The position numbers and the translations under genes are program-made. DNA of 20,000 bases. Source: an uncultured virus (IMG/VR IMGVR_UViG_3300030108_001449). Lineage: Duplodnaviria; Heunggongvirae; Uroviricota; Caudoviricetes. The notes under the pieces are model-generated. The model was not told the DNA's origin, did no database searches, and worked only from the letters and a program-made list of their open reading frames with translations. Shown here piece after piece: positions 14,638-20,000 of the stretch. Position 1 is the stretch's first letter. Each line of letters starts with the position of its first letter. The DNA is taken from IMG/VR virus record IMGVR_UViG_3300030108_001449; one strand, given 5' to 3'.

Positions 14638-15354
14638 CTATCGGTTTTGTGCAGCAAATAAATAATCGATGGTAGCCGATTTAGTGCCCGTTGCAGAACC
14701 CGAAAGTTCCATCGCACCAATAGCCAGATTTTCATTGTCTGGAATGTTATCAGTGTGCGTAGCAACTAAATTTCTGTTTACAAAAAACTCTACAGAACCT
14801 GTACCTTTCACATGGAATCCTAACGTGACGTAGGTATCGTCAGCTATGTCTACTCCAGAATCAGTAGTAGTGGCTGTACCGTCTTTTTCCGTAACACAAT
14901 CGATGTTAGTGTCACCATCATCAACCTGGAACACAATGCGATCAGCCGCTGTAAGCATAGCCTCTGGGTTCGTCGCAAAGTTCACTGTCAACCCTACGCA
15001 CAAATCAATCGCGCTTCCTTCTGAATCACCAACTTTAATTTTGGTTTCAAACCAAACGTCGCGGCTAGTAGACAATGCAAATATCTCATTGCCCTGTACA
15101 GAAGCCCCGTCGTTATCTGTGGTTGCTTGTGAGGTAAGAACTAACGTACCACTTTCGGCGTCTGCGCCTAAAGCAGCGGTAGCACTGCTGTCTTTAACAA
15201 CAGTCCAGTCGTTTGTGTTGTCCAAAGCAACCCCAGTAAAATCGTCCATGTAGACAACGTAGTCTGGATTTTTGTCGATAGGTAGGTTTTCAAACCATTT
15301 GCGATTGCCGTCTTTCCCGGCAAACAGAATAGGACCAGTAAAATGAGTAGCCAT
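14638..15354 (-). CDS. Putative capsid-associated protein (238 aa, beta-sandwich/lectin-like)
   Basis: MATHFTGP N-terminus, acidic beta-rich body (FFVNRNLVATH), strong AGGAG SD, first gene after the capsid gene. Confidence 0.75.
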   Translation of the reverse strand: MATHFTGPILFAGKDGNRKWFENLPIDKNPDYVVYMDDFTGVALDNTNDWTVVKDSSATAALGADAESGTLVLTSQATTDNDGASVQGNEIFALSTSRDVWFETKIKVGDSEGSAIDLCVGLTVNFATNPEAMLTAADRIVFQVDDGDTNIDCVTEKDGTATTTDSGVDIADDTYVTLGFHVKGTGSVEFFVNRNLVATHTDNIPDNENLAIGAMELSGSATGTKSATIDYLFAAQNR

Positions 15355-15360
15355 GTGTTT

Positions 15361-15404
15361 CTCCTGTCGTGGCTAGTGTCAGTCTCCCCATGAGACTGTC
15401 AGGA
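15361..15404 (-). ncRNA. Structured RNA element, candidate Mu-gpT-DE motif
   Basis: Minus strand TCCTG-A-CAGTCTC-ATGGG-GAGACTG-ACACTAGCCACGA-CAGGA-G: a 7-bp hairpin enclosed by a 5-bp stem. It sits just downstream of a gpT-like capsid gene, the context in which Mu-gpT-DE was described. Family assignment is by context, not by covariance search. Confidence 0.6.
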
Positions 15405-15431
15405 TCATTGAAGAATACCTGTTAAACAGGC

Positions 15432-15459
15432 AAAAAGAAAGGGCGACATGCGCCCTTTC
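15432..15459 (-). terminator. Rho-independent terminator after the major capsid gene
   Basis: Minus strand GAAAGGGCG-CATGT-CGCCCTTTC followed by TTTTT, 20 nt after the capsid stop. Confidence 0.88.
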
Positions 15460-15479
15460 CATAGTAAACAAAGTTTACT

Positions 15480-16388
15480 TTACGCGCCCGGAGTTCCGAA
15501 CACGGCCCTCCAATCAGACACACCGAAAGAGTATCTTTCGCGAGCCTTGAACCGCATATTTCCAGTGTCAAAGTCACCTTCCATAGCTGTTTTAATTGGA
15601 GTTCTTTGGAACAACTTAAAGCCGTTAGGCGCATCCGTCTTGATGAAGAAAGCATCAGTATCCGTAAGGAAGTGATTAACTACTGCACCGTCAGGTAGCA
15701 TACCCATTGACTTGTTGGCGTTAATATCATTATCCGCCGTTCCGGGTCGCAGATTAGAGTTCAATACTCTTTCTGCAATGAACTGAAGTTCTTTAGGAAT
15801 AATTAGTTTCATTCCTCGAACCGCAATTTTTAGTCCTCTTTCGTCAGTAAGACCAGCAATGTCAATCAACATCTGCTCAAGCGAAGTCTCGTTGAGATCC
15901 GCAGCAGTGCTGAGTAGGTTGCGTTGGTTACCTGATAAAGAAGGGTGAGAAGAAGAACAAAGCGCAACACCATCTCCGATGGCAGAAGCACCCGCCGTGA
16001 AGGCGTTGTTCAACACAGTTGCAGCACGTACTTGCTTGGTCTGAGACATAGAACGCGCAAGAGCACGTGTATATCTAGAAGCAAGACGGTCATACAAATT
16101 ATCTTCGATAGCTTCTTCAGTAATCGAGAAAGCAAGAGCAATTGTCTCGTGAGTGTATCGAGCAGTATATGTTTCCTGCGCGTCATCAAAAGAAATTGCG
16201 TTACCTTCTGCCTTTACTGGAGCAGTACCAAACCCTGAAAGCATGACTTCTTCTTCAAATGCTCGATCAGAAGATTCCTCTTCGAAAATCTCAGCACTCT
16301 CGTTGTCATAACGATCATATTCCAGCCCGAACAAAGCATTTAAGCCGGGTTCAAGCTCCTTCGCCAATTGTGCGCGAGTAATAGCCAT
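15480..16388 (-). CDS. Major capsid protein (Mu gpT-like, HK97 fold)
   Basis: MAITRAQLAKELEPGLNALFGLEY, SDRAFEEEV, ITEEAIEDNLY, DFDTGNMRFKARERYSFG; GGAGG SD; followed by a terminator. Confidence 0.92.
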   Translation of the reverse strand: MAITRAQLAKELEPGLNALFGLEYDRYDNESAEIFEEESSDRAFEEEVMLSGFGTAPVKAEGNAISFDDAQETYTARYTHETIALAFSITEEAIEDNLYDRLASRYTRALARSMSQTKQVRAATVLNNAFTAGASAIGDGVALCSSSHPSLSGNQRNLLSTAADLNETSLEQMLIDIAGLTDERGLKIAVRGMKLIIPKELQFIAERVLNSNLRPGTADNDINANKSMGMLPDGAVVNHFLTDTDAFFIKTDAPNGFKLFQRTPIKTAMEGDFDTGNMRFKARERYSFGVSDWRAVFGTPGA

Positions 16389-16402
16389 GATTACCTCCTA
16401 AC

Positions 16403-17053
16403 TTATATGCCGGTTGTTGTGGCAGTGGTTTGAGAGTCGAATCGTGCGTTCGGTGAGTTGTAGTGTGCATTTATTCTTACAATCAACGGAATACCTGCAG
16501 CAGTAAAATCACTGTTAGCATCGTCATCAACAATACCCATGATTTTAAGCGGCAAAGTAGCCGTGGTTGCAATAGTAGATACACCCAACGCCGAACTAGA
16601 TCGACCGGTGTCAGTTGAGCCCGTTCGTGCAGACGTTCCCAAACTTGCATTAGCAAAAACAGCAGCAAGTGCTGTAGCACGATCCGTTAATGACGCATCG
16701 CTTGCAACTTGAAAAGTTTGCATCGGATTATCAGCAACAAGAGCCTTGACAGGATGATTCGTGTCAACGCTTGCGTTGTTAGATCCGGGCCAGTAATTTT
16801 TGAATACGGTCTTCTTTGAGGAAGAGTCCACATACTCTACGCCCATCAAAACACCCAGCGCAGCGGTAGTACCGCCCGCAGTGTCACCAGCTTGATCAAT
16901 CACGCCAGCGGCGAGAGGGATTACTAAGCTGTATTGATAAATGGCATTAGTGTTGTCAGAAGCAATTTCATACTTCGTCACACCTGTAGAATTTGCGGCA
17001 CTGCCTGTTAGTCCTATTGGACGCAGACCGTAAGCGGTTTCCTGATTAGCCAT
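16403..17053 (-). CDS. Putative capsid decoration/cement protein (216 aa)
   Basis: MANQETAYGLRP N-terminus, GVLMGVEY, small-residue-rich, AGGAG SD, directly upstream of the capsid gene. Confidence 0.65.
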   Translation of the reverse strand: MANQETAYGLRPIGLTGSAANSTGVTKYEIASDNTNAIYQYSLVIPLAAGVIDQAGDTAGGTTAALGVLMGVEYVDSSSKKTVFKNYWPGSNNASVDTNHPVKALVADNPMQTFQVASDASLTDRATALAAVFANASLGTSARTGSTDTGRSSSALGVSTIATTATLPLKIMGIVDDDANSDFTAAGIPLIVRINAHYNSPNARFDSQTTATTTGI

Positions 17054-17070
17054 ATTAGTCTCCTAAAACC

Positions 17071-17556
17071 TTACTTACGAGAACCACCAAAAGTAACACG
17101 AGATTGACGGTCAGGTTTGTCAATTCGCATCGTGGAATGTGCATTTTCGCGTAAAATATCCGTTTCTACAGCTTCGACCTGATCTGCATGTTTTGATGCA
17201 AAATAAGCCGTTCTTTCGTCCACTGTTTCTTGCGGAATTCTAGCTAAAAGCAATCCGCCAACTCCAAATACACCTTCATATTTACCCGTCTCCATGACTG
17301 GAGCTTCAAAATCCGGATATTCGTCCTTTCGGACTAGTTCATAACCTTCGCGTAAACGGCCGGTTATATTACTCGTGTCTTCTACGCCACGAGTTTCGGC
17401 ACGTATCCAACGATGTCTGAACCCCGGAGGTGCGGGCGGTGCATCTAATTTCGACGGTGGAGCCCACGGCCTACGCCTAGCCGTATTTGCTCTCGATGAC
17501 TTGGCGCGAGAGGTTTTTTTGATAGCTTCCATTGTTTCATTATCAGAATCTGTCAT
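17071..17556 (-). CDS. Conserved head-module protein (161 aa)
   Basis: WAPPSKLDAPPAPPGFRHRWIR, LREGYELVR, GVGGLLLARIP; between scaffold and capsid genes. Confidence 0.8.
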   Translation of the reverse strand: MTDSDNETMEAIKKTSRAKSSRANTARRRPWAPPSKLDAPPAPPGFRHRWIRAETRGVEDTSNITGRLREGYELVRKDEYPDFEAPVMETGKYEGVFGVGGLLLARIPQETVDERTAYFASKHADQVEAVETDILRENAHSTMRIDKPDRQSRVTFGGSRK

Positions 17557-17558
17557 TT

Positions 17559-18473
17559 TTAATCCTTCACGTATTTTGCGTATTCTTCAAGTGGCACTCC
17601 CAATCGTTTGGCAATAGTGACTTGGCTCGGGGAGAGTCGAACCTGCTTGCCGCGCCCTTTTTTAGGACGAGACACACCCGCAACAGTTTGCGTAGTGCGT
17701 CGGCTTTGAGTAGCGTCTTCTTCAAGATCAAACTTGTGAGGAAACGCCTCTCTAATTCTTGAATCTAAGGCATCATAATACTCATCACTGGTGCCGTCCA
17801 TACCTTTATCTTGTATCAATTCCTTGTGGATTCCAAAGGCAGCAAAGGTCATAGCGGAGTCTGTGCCAAACCAACTGTTGTTTTCTGCCCAGTCTTCAGC
17901 CTTTGGGTCAGGCCGCTGTTGTTGAGGTGCTGGTTGGTAAACAGGTTGTTGTACTTCCTGCTCAAATTGTGCAGCTTGTGTTTCACGCTGCGCAGCCGCT
18001 TGCGCATGACGATCTTTGGCTACCGCTAATTGCGATATTTTTTCTTGCGCAGCCAACTGACGATCCGTATCGCCAGTTTCAATCGCAGTCTTGAGTTCTT
18101 CCTTTGCCCGTTCGGCTTCAGAAGCAACGCGATTGCCATATTCATCAATGTAATTTTTATCCAGGTTATGAAGGCGCTGTTTAATCTGGCTATTTTCTGA
18201 TTGAATCTGCTGTGCGTAACGAAGTGCTTCTTCTCGCTCTCTTTCAGCTTCTCGTGATCTTTTAGTGAGCTGATTAATTCTTTTTTGAACAGACTTGCTG
18301 TACTGTTCAACGTCGTCTTCACTTGCGGTTTGTTCCGCTGCCGGTTCAGGTGAACTGGGTTCCTCGGATTCTGTATCCGCCACTTCTTCCAAAGTGACTT
18401 CTTGTGCTTCTTCGGTAAACTCCAGATCAATTTGACCATCATCGGCTTCGTGCTTGGGCTTTGCTTCTGCCAT
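17559..18473 (-). CDS. Capsid scaffolding protein
   Basis: Acidic N-terminus, long coiled coil (YSKSVQKRINQLT), C-terminal LSPSQVTIAKRLGVPLEEYAK; between portal and capsid genes. Confidence 0.75.
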   Translation of the reverse strand: MAEAKPKHEADDGQIDLEFTEEAQEVTLEEVADTESEEPSSPEPAAEQTASEDDVEQYSKSVQKRINQLTKRSREAEREREEALRYAQQIQSENSQIKQRLHNLDKNYIDEYGNRVASEAERAKEELKTAIETGDTDRQLAAQEKISQLAVAKDRHAQAAAQRETQAAQFEQEVQQPVYQPAPQQQRPDPKAEDWAENNSWFGTDSAMTFAAFGIHKELIQDKGMDGTSDEYYDALDSRIREAFPHKFDLEEDATQSRRTTQTVAGVSRPKKGRGKQVRLSPSQVTIAKRLGVPLEEYAKYVKD

Positions 18474-18484
18474 AATGCCGTTCC

Positions 18485-18931
18485 TTAGTTAAGATGAATG
18501 TCGTTAGGGTCTAAAATAGTTCCAAGTATTTCGTCGTCGTTTAAAATTCGAACTTCGCTACCAAAAGCAGCTTTTTTGTCACCGTTTAAACGAAACCGAG
18601 AACCTGCGTAGCGGGCAAAAATTACCCACTCGCGTTCTTTACACCATGCCCCATCCGGATACCGTTGTTTATCCGCATAAGCCGAAGGACCCATTTTAAG
18701 GACATAGCCTACTTGCGTCTGGACTACATCTTCTTCTATGGTTTTTGGGCTTAATAAAATACCGCCTTTGCTTTTCTGGGCGGGTTTAAAAGGAGCGATT
18801 AAAATACGCCACCCGGTAGGTTGTGGGAGACGTTCTATAACACTTTTATCTACTAAAGAAGGGTCTAAAACTCTTTCTTCTTCTGCGACGTAGCAATCAG
18901 ATAAATCTTCTGCTTCATTCGTTTCAGGCAT
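18485..18931 (-). CDS. groES: GroES/Cpn10-like co-chaperonin
   Basis: PTGWRILI, mobile loop KSKGGILL, VLKMGP, VIFARYAG, RILNDDEILG. Confidence 0.9.
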   Translation of the reverse strand: MPETNEAEDLSDCYVAEEERVLDPSLVDKSVIERLPQPTGWRILIAPFKPAQKSKGGILLSPKTIEEDVVQTQVGYVLKMGPSAYADKQRYPDGAWCKEREWVIFARYAGSRFRLNGDKKAAFGSEVRILNDDEILGTILDPNDIHLN

Positions 18932-19121
18932 CTTGTTCTTCCTGTTTTTTTAGCATTTCAGAAAGTTCCACCAAAACGTAATCACACGCTCTGATTTCAC
19001 CCATACACTCTCTGTAATGTTCCATATCCTTTATCCCACCATCAGTCATGAGTTCCTGAATCTGGGCTTTGCGGCCTTTTAGTGTTTTTTGTACAAATTG
19101 TACAACATCCAGACCGTCCAA
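18924..19121 (-). CDS. Conserved hypothetical protein (65 aa, TTG start)
   Basis: GGIKDMEHYRECMGEI; AGGAG SD; overlaps the groES start. Confidence 0.75.
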   Translation of the reverse strand: MDGLDVVQFVQKTLKGRKAQIQELMTDGGIKDMEHYRECMGEIRACDYVLVELSEMLKKQEEQDA

Positions 19122-19172
19122 CTACTCTCCTGTATCTTACTGTCTGAGTAACTCCGATACTATCGCAGTTTT

Positions 19173-19376
19173 CTACGCAATAGTAAAGCGGCCACCACGC
19201 TCTGCTGCGCCCATGCCACGCTTCTTACCCGTAGTAATTTTGGCAAACTCGGTGTTAGGCGTTGCTACTTCTTCCGCTTGTGCATAAGGTATGCTGCCTT
19301 GGCCCTGAATCTCCGCTTTTGTAGACGGCTTAGGGGGCTCTTTGATGGGACCGCCGTTGAATTTTACTGTTCTCAT
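19173..19376 (-). CDS. Small hypothetical protein (67 aa)
   Basis: ATGA overlap with the portal stop; ends RGMGAAERGGRF. Confidence 0.75.
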   Translation of the reverse strand: MRTVKFNGGPIKEPPKPSTKAEIQGQGSIPYAQAEEVATPNTEFAKITTGKKRGMGAAERGGRFTIA

Positions 19377-20000
19377 TGATCACCTCGTTGTTTCAATAGT
19401 TCTCTTTCGATACCTGCATCTATTCTAGCCTGTGTTTGCGCCTCTTGGCTTGCCAAACGCTGCTGGAAGTTAGATTCACGTTGAGCAAGTTTTTGTCGTT
19501 CAAGCTCAATTTCTTGCTGCTCTCGGGCTACGTCGTTTTGTTCCTGTTGAGACCGCAATTGAAGCTCTTGTTGTTTCAACTGAATTAACGGGTCTGGCCC
19601 TTGCTGTTGTTGCGGTTGTCCCGATTGCTGTATTTGAGAGCCTAGTTGGACGACCTGCTGCATAATTTGAGCAACAAACTGGGAAACCAAAGCTTGATAA
19701 GGCTGGTTAGTTTCGGCGTTGGTCAGCGTGACATTTGGGTTTTGTTGAACGAACGTTTGCTCCGCTTGTTCTTCTGCCATCAATTGCACATGGTTTAATA
19801 TGTGTTTTTGGATAGCCAACCCGACTTGTGGCAACGAAGAAGCCATCCCGCCTGTTGCGAAAATCAAATGCGCCTGTATGTGAGCCATGTGATCTTGACC
19901 CTTAAAAGCCTGTAAAGGTACATTTTCCAGCACATCCATGTTTTCACGTGCTGGATCTTTGGGATACGGCTCGTCAGGAGCGTCCGCTTTCAATATCTGA
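19373..20000 (-). CDS. Portal protein, C-terminal about 208 aa (enters from the right edge)
   Basis: Frame open to the window edge. PKDPAREN...LQAFKGQDHMAHIQAH...LAIQKHILNH, then DPLIQLKQQEL and a Q-rich coiled coil (P22-like barrel). Upstream of GroES, scaffold and capsid. Confidence 0.82.
   Translation of the reverse strand, partial: QILKADAPDEPYPKDPARENMDVLENVPLQAFKGQDHMAHIQAHLIFATGGMASSLPQVGLAIQKHILNHVQLMAEEQAEQTFVQQNPNVTLTNAETNQPYQALVSQFVAQIMQQVVQLGSQIQQSGQPQQQQGPDPLIQLKQQELQLRSQQEQNDVAREQQEIELERQKLAQRESNFQQRLASQEAQTQARIDAGIERELLKQRGDQ

Noticed and set aside
14424..14765. 113-aa minus-strand ORF
   Set aside because: Overlaps two real genes out of frame; the 48-aa ORF at 14482..14628 fits the gap with an SD.
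15422..15655. 77-aa ORF across the capsid 3' end as a possible frameshift extension
   Set aside because: No clear slippery site was found and it runs through the terminator.
19089..19105. TTGTACAA-A-TTGTACAA double palindrome
   Set aside because: Inside a CDS (VVQFVQK) and no second copy was noticed, so it is probably chance.
56..19287. All plus-strand ORFs in the track
   Set aside because: They are antisense shadows of a fully tiled, translationally coupled minus-strand operon and have no recognisable motifs.
1..20000. Stop-codon reassignment, tRNAs, integrase/att sites, introns or inteins, DGR
   Set aside because: TAA, TAG and TGA all end genes normally, TerL and capsid are uninterrupted, intergenic gaps are too short or otherwise explained, and no reverse transcriptase or recombinase was seen.

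Overview
The whole window is tailed-phage (Caudoviricetes) late-gene sequence: about 45 tightly packed, often translationally coupled genes, all on the minus strand. It resembles uncultured marine short-tailed proteobacterial phages with a P22-like portal and Mu-gpT-like capsid. The two-component spanin implies a Gram-negative host. Read in transcription direction (20000 to 1): portal C-terminus, GroES, scaffold, decoration-like protein, major capsid, terminator plus a structured RNA (Mu-gpT-DE-like), virion proteins, basic-protein cassette 1, head-tail adaptors, repeat fibre protein, S74 tail fibre, 2OG-Fe(II) oxygenase, membrane/holin-like genes (one with an EF-hand), basic-protein cassette 2, spanins, GH24 endolysin, TerL, and the N-terminus of a portal. 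The most striking feature is that portal sequence lies at both ends. The two halves also carry divergent paralogous sets of small Lys-rich proteins and differ clearly in CCG/CGG content. This points to two head-packaging modules joined in tandem (natural mosaic or assembly chimera). No replication, integrase, TerS, nozzle or ejection genes were recognised. All family calls are from motif recognition, not database searches.
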